Below are positions 33,656 through 45,797 of a DNA stretch of 64,000 nt, in pieces. Every line of letters begins with the position of its first letter. Positions within the stretch are counted from its first letter, which is position 1. The position numbers and the translations under genes are program-made. The DNA lies in assembly GCA_001662655.1 (NCBI GenBank), contig KV460212.1. The stretch is one strand, 5' to 3'. This DNA comes from Pseudogymnoascus verrucosus. Lineage: Eukaryota. The notes under the pieces were generated by a model, which saw only the letters and a list, made by a program, of their open reading frames with translations, was not told where the DNA came from and ran no database searches.

Positions 33656-34831
33656 TTAAGGACGAAGCCATTTAGAGAGGCCTTGGAAATTTATAAGATC
33701 TTCCGTGTATGGCTGCGAAAATATATCCGATGCGTAGTCATACCAGTCGTTGTGTAGACATGGTCGATGGAAGAATTTAACGTATTCCCAGTACTCGGGG
33801 AACCACCCAGCAACTTCTCAGTCAATGAGCCCAGTAATCTTATTTTCCTGCACCATTATGTTACGCGGTGATAAATCGCCATGTGTTAAGACCACCCGAT
33901 TGTTGCAGCAGAGGCGCGCCCTTAGCCCATCCCGTATTTGCCTTGGGAGTAGATTTCGGGATATCCATAACGAAGTCATTAAAGCTCTCCTCATCAATGG
34001 CCCGCCAGTGAAGATATTATGGGCTAATTGGCGACCGTTAGTAGTGCAAAAAGTGAGGAGCGGAACGATTCTAGAAATGAACCCCAAGCAAACCAACAAG
34101 GAGAGGGAAGCGGGTGATGTTAAATGAATGCAAAACAACTTACTTCGCAAGTCTCGTACCATGCCACCACTGCATGAGCAGAAGATGTTATCATCCGATG
34201 GGATGGAGCGCATCTTGTCAACAATAGCGCGCAGCTGAAGCGCAATATCGTGCTTCTGATCAGGAGTCATAGTCGGCCAAACTTTTTCCAAAGTCTCTCC
34301 AGGCATATAGCTCATATTGATACTGGCTCCCCTGTTTGGCAGCGGGTGAGCCTCATAAACTTCAGGTACGGGAAGTTGATGCTCTCTTGCGAGGCGAAGG
34401 GCGTGGATTTCATCAATTTCGATGCCTTCCCCAGACTTGATGACCGTATTATCATCTGCAAGATTTATTAGCCGGATTTTACATAAAACTTGGGCATGGG
34501 CCAGCCATAGGTGAGACAATAACAAAATATATAGTCTGTTGAATGCATACCGCAAAGCTCAACTATGCGCCCGCCAAGTTGATGAAGGATAGTGGAGTCT
34601 ATAATAGCAAATTTGTTAGTAGGCAATATAATCAAGAGCGGGCTGGGATATATACTGGGTTTCTGAGGCTGCGCCGTATACTCCGGAGGGTACTTACCCC
34701 CATTTTTTATCAGGTCTTTAAGTGGGGGACGATTTTTGGGGACGCGTATAGAAATCCCTAGTGGAGGAGGGTAGGCATCCCCGGCGAAGGAGTGAAGGGG
34801 AATCCGCAGTAGGAGTGGGAGAGGTTCCCAT
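33656..34831 (-). pseudogene. Disabled aminoglycoside-phosphotransferase-like (APH/choline kinase family) kinase
   Basis: VIKSG, EIHALRL, LPVPEVY, MSYMPGETLEKVW, LTHGDLSPRNIMV and GLID*EVAGWFPEYWEY. The conserved Trp codon is TGA (33820-33818), and two frameshifts bracket DEESFNDFVMDIPKSTPKA. Three recognisable introns. Confidence 0.85.
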
Positions 34832-35321
34832 TTTGGTACAGAATCGTGATGCAGTTGATAGTCCAAACAGAGGTGAAGTGTTAGATCGATAGCTGAAAAC
34901 AGAAAAATGAAAATGAATGTAGGTTAATGAATGATCATAAGTTCTCGGGATGTCTACGACGAAAGGGTTGCAAGTTAAGCGCCCATATATTCCAACATGT
35001 TGGAAGGAGTCCACGTGATATCAGAATCTGGCCAGTGACGGCGGGGGCGGGGTCAACAATTGGTCGTCTATGCGCTAAATTATTTAAAGCACTAGCGCGT
35101 AATGGGCAGGCACACCGCCCTGGAGATTGCCTAGCCCCATCCGATAATGCGCCATATGCGCCGATAAGAAAAATATCCAACGGCACTGCACTGAAGCTAA
35201 GACTCATCGACTTCGGAGCCCAACCACGGTGAAGCCGACTCTCAATCTTACAAGCTGCGAACATTGCGGCATACCGCCGATTAATTCCAGCCCGAGATTT
35301 TCTTCTCTTTCTGACTTTACG

Positions 35322-37144
35322 ATGCTGTCAACTCCTTCGGTGGGCGTGCTTGGTGGGGGGCAACTGGGACGGATGATGATGGAAGCTGCAAACCGATTGA
35401 ACATCCAACTCAACGTGCTCGATGCGCCCAATTCCCCGGCGAAACAGATCAGCGCCCACGATGGTCATGCCAATGGATCATTCACTGACCCCCCGTCGAT
35501 GCGGAGGCTTGCGGAAACCTGCGACATCCTGACGACAGAGATTGAGCACGTTGATACCTACGCCCTCGAGGAGGTCTGCTCGAAGGTCAAGGTTGAGCCG
35601 ACCTGGCGGACAATTCGTACGATTCAGGACAAGTTCAATCAGAAGGAGCATTTGTCGAAATTCGACATCCCAATGGCCGACTACCGTGAGCTGAGCAACA
35701 ACACCGCTGAAGAGCTGGCCGCGATCGGAGAGGAACTTGGCTTCCCCATGATGCTCAAGTCGAAAACGCAAGCATACGACGGAAGAGGTAAGAGGCTCAC
35801 GAATATATATTAGCACTTGTAACTAACCTGGTATCCCACTACAGGAAACTACTCGGTCAAGACCAAAGCAGACATCCCCGCAGCCCTCAAAGCTCTCGAG
35901 AACCGCCCACTATACGCCGAGAAATGGGCAAACTTCACAATGGAAGTAGCCGTCATCGTCGTCAAGACCAAAGACGGCGTCCTCTCCTACCCAACCGTCG
36001 AAACCGTCCAAGAAGATTCCATCTGCAAGCTCGTCTACGCCCCCGCCCGCAACATCTCCGACGAAATCAACCAGCAAGCCCAAGCCCTGGCCCGAAAAAC
36101 CGTCGCCGCCTTCGACGGCCTCGGCGTCTTCGGCGTCGAAATGTTCCTCCTCCCCGATAATTCGCTCCTCCTCTGCGAGCTAGCGTGCCGCATCCACAAC
36201 TCAGGCCACTACACCATCGAAGCCTGTTCGATCTCGCAATTCGAGGCCCACCTCCGCGCCATCCTTGACCTGCCCATCCCCGCACAGAGCCTCGAGATCC
36301 GCGAGCCGGCAATCATGCTGAATATCCTTGGTGGCGCAACACCAGAGGCCCATCTCCAGGTCGCTGAGCGTGCCCTCTCAATCCCGAACGCGAGCGTTCA
36401 CCTCTACGGCAAGGGCGCAGGGCGTCCAGGCCGAAAGATGGGTCATGTCACCGTGACAGCCCGCACGATGGAGGAGGCGGAGCGCACCATCGCGCCACTA
36501 CTTGAGTTCGTCGGCGGTGCCAACCCAGAATCCAACATCCTCTACACGCAGACCCTTCCGCGTCTCAACGTCCGCCCTACAGTGGGCGTAATAATGGGCT
36601 CCGACAGCGACCTCAAGACGCTGATTCCCGGTCTCAGGTTGCTGCGCGACTACTTCGGTATCAACCCAGAGGTAGAGATCACCTCCGCTCACAGGACACC
36701 GGAGTACATGGCTACATACAGCTCGACCGCTGCGAGCCGGGGGATTAAGGTTATCATTGCCGCGGCGGGAGGTGCAGCGCATTTACCTGGAATGGCAGCG
36801 GCATATACGGCATTGCCTGTTATTGGCGTGCCGGTGAAGGGCAGCGCGTTGGATGGGGTGGATAGTTTGTATAGCATTGTGCAGATGCCACGAGGTGCGT
36901 ATTTGATCCGGTGATGAGTGAGGGGCTTTGCTAACGGTGAATAATAGGCGTCCCTGTTGCGACTGTGGGGATTAATAATAGTATTAATGCGGCGTTGTTG
37001 GCGGCGAGGATTTTGGGGGCGTTTGATGCGGGTGTACAGGCTAAGGTGGAGGCGTATGCGAAGACGGCGAAGGAGGAGAATCTCGACCTTAAGGGCGTGA
37101 AGATGAAGGAGCTGGGGTGGGATGCATATCATCAGCAGATGTAG
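35322..37144 (+). CDS. ADE2: Phosphoribosylaminoimidazole carboxylase (PurK-PurE fusion); exons 35322-35787, 35845-36894, 36948-37144
   Basis: [74 protein letters not shown]. Confidence 0.97.
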
Positions 37145-37937
37145 AAGAAATGACTGCGCAGATAGATGGGAATAATACTTCCAATTGGTTCATTGTTATG
37201 TTTTATAACCTTCCACTACACGGCACAACAGCATGAGTTTAGTGGTATGGGGTGATGACGCTCAATGTTGGAGGAATATAACATCATTAGAATACAATCC
37301 CATAATTCACGATAATATATTTATACCCACAACAGGACCATCAAGACAACGTCACTATACCAGTCACATTTAGTGCACACTTTCAGAAGCCATAACATCA
37401 AATTCCTCGCTGAAAATATTTAGCAACTCCCATTCGGCAACTGATCAAAGCACATCGCAAAGCATCCACTCCAAGATTCATCCTTCCATTCCCTGCCCCA
37501 TTTTCGATAAAACATATTGTAAGCAACCACGCAAATATAAAGGAGCCCTGGTCAATGAGAATTATAAAGCGACTTGCCATCCCTTCCCTTCCTTTCTCCC
37601 AAAAACTCAAAATATAAGCATAAGTGTCCATCCCCTCCCTATCGTTGCAAACCCCCGAAAAGCAGAAAATTGGTCGTAAACTCGCCTGTAGTATATGCTA
37701 ATGTATAATCAGGATCAATGCAGTTCATATCATCGCGCCGGCAATTGATTGAATTGTAGTCTTTGACGGCAATGCCCAGAGCCCTCCATGAAAGTGCGTA
37801 AAGCCGGAAGATGTGCCGAGAGTATATCGATCTTCGTAAACTTGAGCAAACTGGATATAAAATAATGAAGTAATAAATAGTGGTTGCATCAAGGCCTGCC
37901 AAAAGCTGAATATGGTTCAAACGGCTCGTGAAAGCGG

Positions 37938-40900
37938 TTAGAAAGCACTGGCCATTGGAACATCGACTTCCTCCAGGTTCTCCTTTCTGCATATGGCCTC
38001 GCCAACCTCTTCAGGAGCGAGAACTCCGTTTCCACATGCAGACATAAGGTCGGGCATCTCATCACCCATAAAGCCCCGTATATGCTCGCCCAGAATGTTT
38101 CGCATCTGGCAAAGCTCATCATCGTCGCCTTGAGACTCGATAGCCTTGCGTATTGCCGTAGATTCGTTTACTGAGCGCATCAACGCATGTATCCTCGCCT
38201 CCTTCTCGGCCTTCTTCATTTCTTCTGGTGAGAATATAACATTCTCATCTCCATCATACTTGTACTGCTCATGACCTTCAGGTAACGCGCCCTTGATCCT
38301 AGCTTCCTCTCTGACGGCATCGCTTCCAAGTTCCGCAGGTTGGATATAGCGGCTGGTTAACGCAAACCGAAGAGTCCCATGTGGTACAACCTCATGCTCG
38401 TAGTACGTTTGAACTCCAGAACCATGCATTATAACCATGTCACCATGCTCAAGAGTCACGCGAATAACAGGAGCTTTAGTACCCTTGGCATTCTTCGAAG
38501 TAACACCCACCGCTGCCTTTGCTTTGGGGCGAAGAGACATGGTGGCCGAGGCGCCGAGTGAGAGTGTGGCTACTGTTGGGCCCAGTGTCGACTCGCCATC
38601 GTCGTGGTATCCGATGCTGCAGTCTTGAAAATACCCAATCGAAAGAAGCTCATTGAAGGGATGGAAGGGCTCTCCAACGTCAGTAAGAGTCTGTTCGCCA
38701 GCCCACGTCAATCTTTTCAAAGCCTTGACAATTACTATTGGGGCTTCACTGAATCCCCTGGATGACTGTGCGACGACAAATTTATACGGTGCACCCCAGT
38801 TGGTTGCGAAGTGATTGGTGAGAACCTCCCCACTGGAATTTGGTTGTCGTACAGGTCGCCTCTGGAGATCGAAGTCACTCTCTTGCATCAATCGGAAGAG
38901 GTCGTTGGGGCCGTCGGGCTTTCTATTGATGGCATCGCTTGACTTGAAAAGCCGGAGAACGCCTACAATGTTACCCTTAGGACCTGGCACCCCATACTCA
39001 AAGACGTTATAGGCGCCCATTGTCTTTTCCTCAAGTTTAATTCCAAATTTGGGCTCAAAGTTTTGTTGACGGTGATTCCGTGCAATATCCGACATTGTGT
39101 CCTTAACACTCATTATTTGGATAGGCAAAGAGTGAGTAAAGCCACAGCCCACCGTCTCGCAAATCCATTTTGACCATTGCTTCCGACGACTGCAGCCTTT
39201 GCACAGCGGGCACACAATACCTTGTTTGAAGGCGAATTCGGTCCCACGTTTCCCAGTTATGATCATATCGGCTTCGGTCATGAGAGGAGGCGCCAATGGC
39301 CCTGGTGCATTCCCAGTATAAGCGGTACGCTCCTTCAGAAACGTCTCTGTATATATAAGTTTTCGATCGTCAATAGGCGAATCGAAAACAAAGAACTTAT
39401 CACAGGATGCCTTCAAGCAAACCCATCCCTGTTCAAATATAGCTTTGCTAATGTCACCACAAACACAGCATTTCCCCGACGCTGCTTTGATGGCACCCAG
39501 GTCGCGGTATGGACTCGGGAGAGTAGAGCCAGCTTTGGCCCACCAAGATTTCTCATCGAGGCGAATCTTCTCGATTCTCACGCACCATGTCTTGTATCCT
39601 TCTACCTTCTCCACCCAGACGTCAGTAACATGGAACCAATCGAGAATGTTATAATAGTGTGGAAGCTTTGAGGGACTTTTGGAGTTTCCTTGACCTAAAT
39701 AATGGTTAGTTTATCTTCATACCAGTTACTACGAGGAGTCTGAGACTTGCCAGCAATGATTGCGACAGGACTATGCATATCCCTAGCCCGTTCGAACCCA
39801 AGACCATACGCACTTCTCTCCTGGTCTGTTGTTTGAACCATCTTGTTAGTTGCTTCATCCAGCTTTCGTCCTCCACCACTATGTAAGTCAGTTTCTTGGC
39901 ATTAATTACGAATTGCAGTAGACAACTTACCATCGAGTTATGACAACTTCTTCCTCGAAAACATCGCGTTCTCTGATTTCCTTGTCAATTAAAATTGCAC
40001 GGACGAGGCCATCGTGCAGATACCCCCCGGACATATATGCTCTGTAATATGGCAAAGTTTCACATAGTTGTTGTCGCTTCGATGCCCACACGGGCGGCTG
40101 GCCATATGGGGCGGGCAAGTTCTCCTGTTCTGATTGATGGTAATGGTTATACGCCCGCGGGCCCTTTTTAGAACGAACCAGGGCTTGTCCAGGCTTGGCG
40201 GGATCTTCAACGTAGGTCTCTTCGCAGCTTGAATATCCCGATGCAGGTGATCTGTGTTGCTTCTTGGCTGACAAATTACCAGAAGCGCCAGCATATTTGC
40301 GCTTTTGTTTCAAGGGGTTGCTTGCATGACCCGCCTGCTCCGTTAAATTCCATGTTGCATCGCCGTTCTGTACAATGTGGGGTGCCTTCAAGTGCTGGGA
40401 GATTTCACCAGAACGGCCCGTCATGTTGCTCAATCGTTTGTCACGAGCTGTAGTAACTGCACGTCGGCCCTTGCTATTTGCAGTGTCTTTGCTTGAATCT
40501 CCCCACTTTCGTTTTTGGGGGCGAATCGTAGTAGGCGACTGTTTTATTGAACTCCAAGTTCCATCGCCACTTTGAGAAACCATGGGTGCATTTAAATGCA
40601 GCGGGGTTATAGCCAAATTATATTCTGGATTTTTGTTGCACGCCGTTCTCATCATCACGGTTCTTATATTGCAATCTCTGCCCTTCTTGACACACGAAGA
40701 GCAGGGAAATGCTCTATCACAATTATCGTGTGTACCAGCCCGGCAGCTATATAACGTCAGAAAGCGGGTATAGGAGAGGCGCAGGAGATATACCTATCAC
40801 ACATAGCCGGGGCCATCCATATCCCGTCTACAAATCGGGCAACTTCAGGATTCCATCTTTTTGAAATATGACCGTCAAGCCGTGCCTTTTGGGCCAGTTC

Positions 40901-41485
40901 GGACAGCTCAGGGCCAATGGGAGGGTCAGTCCTGGAATCTGCATCCTCCACGGTAATATCGGTAGCAAAGTGGCCGCTAGCTCTTTTAGCTCTCTGGGGG
41001 GGGACCTAAGTAAGAAAATTATTAAATGTCACAGAAATAAACAAGCTAGAATCTATAGACTCAAATGGAGTCAAGGATGATTTATGAATGCTAACCTCCG
41101 GTGAAGAAGGGTCGACGATGTCCTCCTCGGCGTCTTCTTCGGGCGAAGACGGTGATATGACAGAAGACTCTTGCGGCGAATCAGACGAGGAGATTGAGGG
41201 AGGTGTGAAGTCGCTCAGCACTTGCTCGTCATCTGTAGAAGCAACCTCACTGAATCCAGAGTCATGGGGTGAGGGCCTTGGTTCGGCGTACTTGGAGCTG
41301 TTTGGAGGGGCTTTCTTTGACACTCCTGGAGTACGAGGTGCCGATGGAGTAGCCTTCTTTCGCGAAGGAGTCCGAACGTTGGATGGGGTTGCGGAAGCCC
41401 TTGTAGCTGTGCGTCTCGGATTATTATTCATCACTTTTTGTAGCTGCCGTGCAAACTCCTCGTCGCCCTCAAAGTAAGACATCAT
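37938..41485 (-). CDS. ~1100-aa Zn2Cys6-like + SRA/SAD-like + Cys-cluster + AlkB-type 2OG-Fe(II) dioxygenase; exons 41485-41096, 41005-40794, 40746-39931, 39878-39751, 39694-37938
   Basis: The exons total 3303 nt and are in phase, with a GC-AG last intron. Motifs are CDSCRAGTHDNCDRAFPCSSCVKKGRDC, GQPPVWA..RQQLCETLPYYRAY.SG...YNILDWFHVTDVW, CCVC..GWVCLKASC, CPLCKGC..WICETVGC, and catalytic HDD, EHEV and RFALTSR. Confidence 0.85.
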
Positions 41486-42377
41486 TGAAGATTGCACGAA
41501 CGCAAAACTGAGAGACGAGGAAATAAAGATCACAGATCATGAAAAATAATAAGAAGAGACAAACGGCAGATATTTGAAGACGTGTAAGGAAAGTCAAGGT
41601 TCAAAGATATCTGTTAAGACTAGTACGATTTTAGATTGGTTATGGGCCCCAATGCAAGGTGCCAACCACCATATGGCAAAAGAATTGGAGAGGTGAGAAG
41701 GTGAGAAGGTGAATAGGCATTACATCTATACAGTGGTACAGATATGAACCACATTCACTTTATGAGAGATGAGAGGATATGAGAGAGTGAGTATGGAATG
41801 TGTTCAAACTGGTCAGAAACCAGGAGGATATGAAAGATGAAGGACGAAGAGAAGAAGGGAAAGAGAGAAAAGCGAACAAAATAGTGGCGAGAAGGTGGGA
41901 TACACGAGAAATGGACGAGAAGGTGGGGGTGTGATACCCTCGATGTGTGAGGGTCTGGGATTAAGGCAGGTACAGGGTACACCGCATCCCGCTTGGGCTG
42001 TCCGCCTGCCGTTCTGCCGGTTTATCAACCCGTTGAGGGGTTAGTGGGGTGGTGGCCCGTGCAACCCCCGGCAAAATTATTCGCCCGAGCACGTTACTCG
42101 AATGGGACACGCCGATCGCAGAGCCTAGTCCTAAAAGGGACAACCGGATTCTTGAGGCATATGAGACTTTTGTCCAAGTGGCATCGAGAGTAGAACTTCG
42201 CACTTGCTTCATTCTTTCCCAATGCCACTCATGCACGCAGAATCTGGGCGCAATGCAGATGCAGGCCTGTACATACACCAACCTGATACAAAACGAGAAA
42301 GATGTAACTGCGAGAACGAGGAACGACACGATGTATAACGACGAGAACCTGAAAAAAATAAGGGCAAGACAACTTAC

Positions 42378-44193
42378 CACGCGCTTTCCCAGTCTTCTTC
42401 CTAGAGACAACCAGCTCCAACTCAGTCTTGTCACCTGGCCTTTGCATCAAGTCCGCAATGGCAGCAACCTGGTCGTCATACGTAACCGGTGCCTTGAGTT
42501 TCGACCTGTCTCGAAGGCCCTGTATCCAATGTCAGCCAGAGTCAGATGTCAAGGACATCAAATTGTTACTTACCACTCCCGGCTCCGCTGTAGCAGACCC
42601 CAAGTCCTTTTCTGGCTGGAAATCATCTGTCTCATCCTCTCCGCCCACTTTTTTCTTCCTTCCAGTTGCTCGGCTGGCCCCCTTCAGTGGCTTGGGTCTC
42701 GCGGGTGACTTTTTTGTGACAGCTTTCGCATGGTCCGCCGCTTTTTGCGATACATTCTTCTCTTTAGGAGGTCTTCCACGAGGCCTCTTTGGCGTTTGAT
42801 TCTTCTGGCGTGCCTCCCGAGACTTGGCGGGTGGGGCATTCACCTCCTGCTCCGCAGCCAGCTCCAGCTGATGTGAATTCAAAATCAAGGCGGCTTCTTC
42901 TTCGGTGAAGTCATCCGAGTCGAGATCTGAGAGCACTGAACTATTGTCACTATCCAGCTCTTCGGCGCTGCTTGGTCGAGTACCAGCTTCCGCCATAGCT
43001 CCGATGTTCGTCATCAACGGATTGTGAGTTTGTTGATCTTGTTGGATAGTTGTAGATGTATTGACTTGGGAAGTTGCAATGAACTTTGAGTTAGATAAAT
43101 GGGGTGTGTTATCTGACGAACCAAGCGGGGTGGTGCTGCTCAAAGCAGGTGTTGGTGGCAGAATAATGGAAGATTCTTGTGTCTGCGGTATAATAGACTT
43201 GTCATTCAAGCTATTCGTCGATTGGAGAAAGGAAGATTGAAGCTGAGGATGTGGAGTTGTTTGATGAACGGAAGGTCGAAGCTGCTGCTGTGGAATTTGA
43301 TCTAAAAGAAGTGAAGTAGATCGTGAATCATCAAGACTGCTTTGATCGTGGAAGCCGATAGAGGGTGAAGTCGGTCCAGGCCTTTGTAGTATAGACGCTG
43401 TCAAATTGTTCTGGGTGAGTTCTTCATTGAAAGACTTTGTGGATATGCTTAAATCCGTCGCAGGAGTACTCGACGAACTGTTGACCACCACGCCACACAC
43501 AGAACCCTCCTGAGGCCGAGCAGTGAGGGCCTTGGAGGCGTTTATAAGCCCGTCACCTACGGTTCCTGTAGGAGACTGGTGGCAAGAAGCCTTATTTGGC
43601 CGCCGGGTTGATCTACGAGTAGATCCGAGGTTTGCTTGACTGAAGCTGAGAGAAGAGGTCTCAGCAGAACTAACGTCCGTCGCAGTAGTATCTACTCCCG
43701 TTTCAACGTAGCAATTGGACCTTTCAAGTTCGTTAACTCCAGAGGCATTAAAACTAAGTCTCGAGACTGAATTCGCTGCTTCACTGAGACTGCTCTCTGT
43801 TTTGGCCCGCTTTGGTGTTCTCTGAACCACAATCACGGATTCGACCTCTTCTGGAATTGCGGGCTGCTCGCTGTCAGAAACCCCGTCCATCATAGGCGTG
43901 TCTGAGTGGAAACCAGAGGTTTTCTTTCCAATAGAGCGTGTGTCCGTTGAGCACTCTGCCGTGGTACTTTCAATACCAGCCTGGAGGTCATTCTTTCCCT
44001 TCACAAGCTGCTCATGGCGTCTCAGCCCATGCTCGGTGTGGTTGGACTCGCTCTTTTGAACCAGTGTACTACCGGAGACTCCGCCCGGTGGCCTCCTTCT
44101 CCTCGGGGATTTGAGGATATTGTCTGTGGATATCTCATTTTCCGGTGTATCTTCCACTAGCTTGGCTTCATAGTACCAGCTGCCCGGCGCCAT
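42378..44193 (-). CDS. Ser/Thr-rich AT-hook chromatin protein; exons 44193-42574, 42519-42378, 3' end unresolved
   Basis: 540-codon first exon with the AT-hook KRPRGRPPK and an acidic patch (SSVLSDLDSDDFTEEE). A GTAAGT..GCTGAC..CAG intron leads in frame to GLRDRSKLKAPVTYDD..., followed by another GTAAGT donor at 42377. Confidence 0.7.
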
Positions 44194-45797
44194 TTTTGGT
44201 ACTGGGCCGCTCTCCCAATCTATACCTGGGAAACTGGTATTGGTATCTTCTCCAGCATACAGTCAGTATAAACATCCCATGCTGGAATAAGCTAACAAAC
44301 CTGACAGAGACCCGGTATTTGGCAACGGGCCAACAGCCGGATACAGTTTGAAGCCTGCTAGTATCAATTACTCCTGCAGAGAGGACTGTAACAACAGGAG
44401 GACAGTGGCCGGCGGTCTCTTGAAATCTGGTTCCTCGCTGTCCTACCTTCATAAATGACAGGCACGCCAGGAATGGCCCTGAGTCATCCCCAAGGTGGCA
44501 CCACTACTGTGTAATTGAGATTTGGCACATACAAGCACACAGGGGAATATAAGAGGTACACAGGGACAGGAAAGATGGAAGGAACAAAGCCGGACACTGA
44601 GAGAAAGAAGGGTAAATATCCTCTGAAGGTAAAAGTCTCTCACTGCTCTTGGATACTGTACTATACTATGGACATTCGGCCTCAATGATGGCGTGGTTTT
44701 TGATTCTAACCAAACTATTGTAGACTATTGTAGTCTATCGCAAGTGTCCCAAGTGCGTAACTCCTCCGGTGGAAGCCGGGACCGGATGAACCTTTGACCC
44801 GAGATATAGTAGTCAGTAGAGGTACGTACTTATCTCCGGAGTTAAAGTGGTGGTGGTCCAGGGAAGGTCCGGTGGTCCGTGCTTTCTAATATTCTATGAA
44901 CACTCTGGACATTCAGCTCTTAATGATATTGAGCTTTTAATGATATTTAATGATGTTTAAATGATGGCGTGATTTTCAATTCCAACTAGGAGATAGTGAT
45001 ACGTATAAAATAATACAATACAATACAATACAATACAGTGCGACTCGGGATATAAAGTGCGACTCGCACTTGTATAACTCTCCGTACGCCGGTGGAGCAG
45101 TATGGTGGTCCTTGCCCCGTGCTCCGTCCTCCGTGCTTCTCCGTGCTTTCTGGGGTGTGCCTAGGGTGCTCATATCTCGGAATCCCGAGCGGCAGATGTA
45201 AGGAAACCATGAAGCATTCTTGCCTTACATCAACTCCATATCATAATATCATAACTTGTAACCCAGATTATATAGCATACATGCATATGATATGTATATA
45301 TACGTCATTTGAAAGCTGAAGAGTGTTTCTACAAATAAAATCTGCTTGATATATTAGTTGGATCTTGTCTCACTAAGCACCTCGGCACGGGCTACTCGAG
45401 ATTTCCCAATCAATGGGCTGCGGCAACCTGGATCGGGTAGCTCAGAAACCTGTGGGGATCCTGTGGGGATCCTTTGGGGATCCTCCCAAGAACCCCGCAT
45501 TCCCCCATCTCCTCCACAATATGTATATATGTATATATATGTCCTATCCTGCCATGGCCGCCACTTGATCTTTCAGCTTCCTTCTCTCTGTCTTTCTACG
45601 GCATCTGTCTGTCTGTTTCACCGGTTTCTACTTGTACCTGTCTTGCTCTGAAGATCTCTATTCATATCAAAAGACCACCAACGCGCCCATCGTGTGTGCT
45701 GTGCGTGCTGTGCGTGCTGTGCTGCCGCTGTGTTTCTGCTTTGCGACATTGCCATCCATAAAATACCCTTATTAGATCTCTTTATTTATCGCCCAAG

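Noticed and set aside
24600..35010. Starship or other autonomous transposon
   Set aside because: No tyrosine-recombinase captain, transposase, reverse transcriptase or clear terminal repeats are visible.
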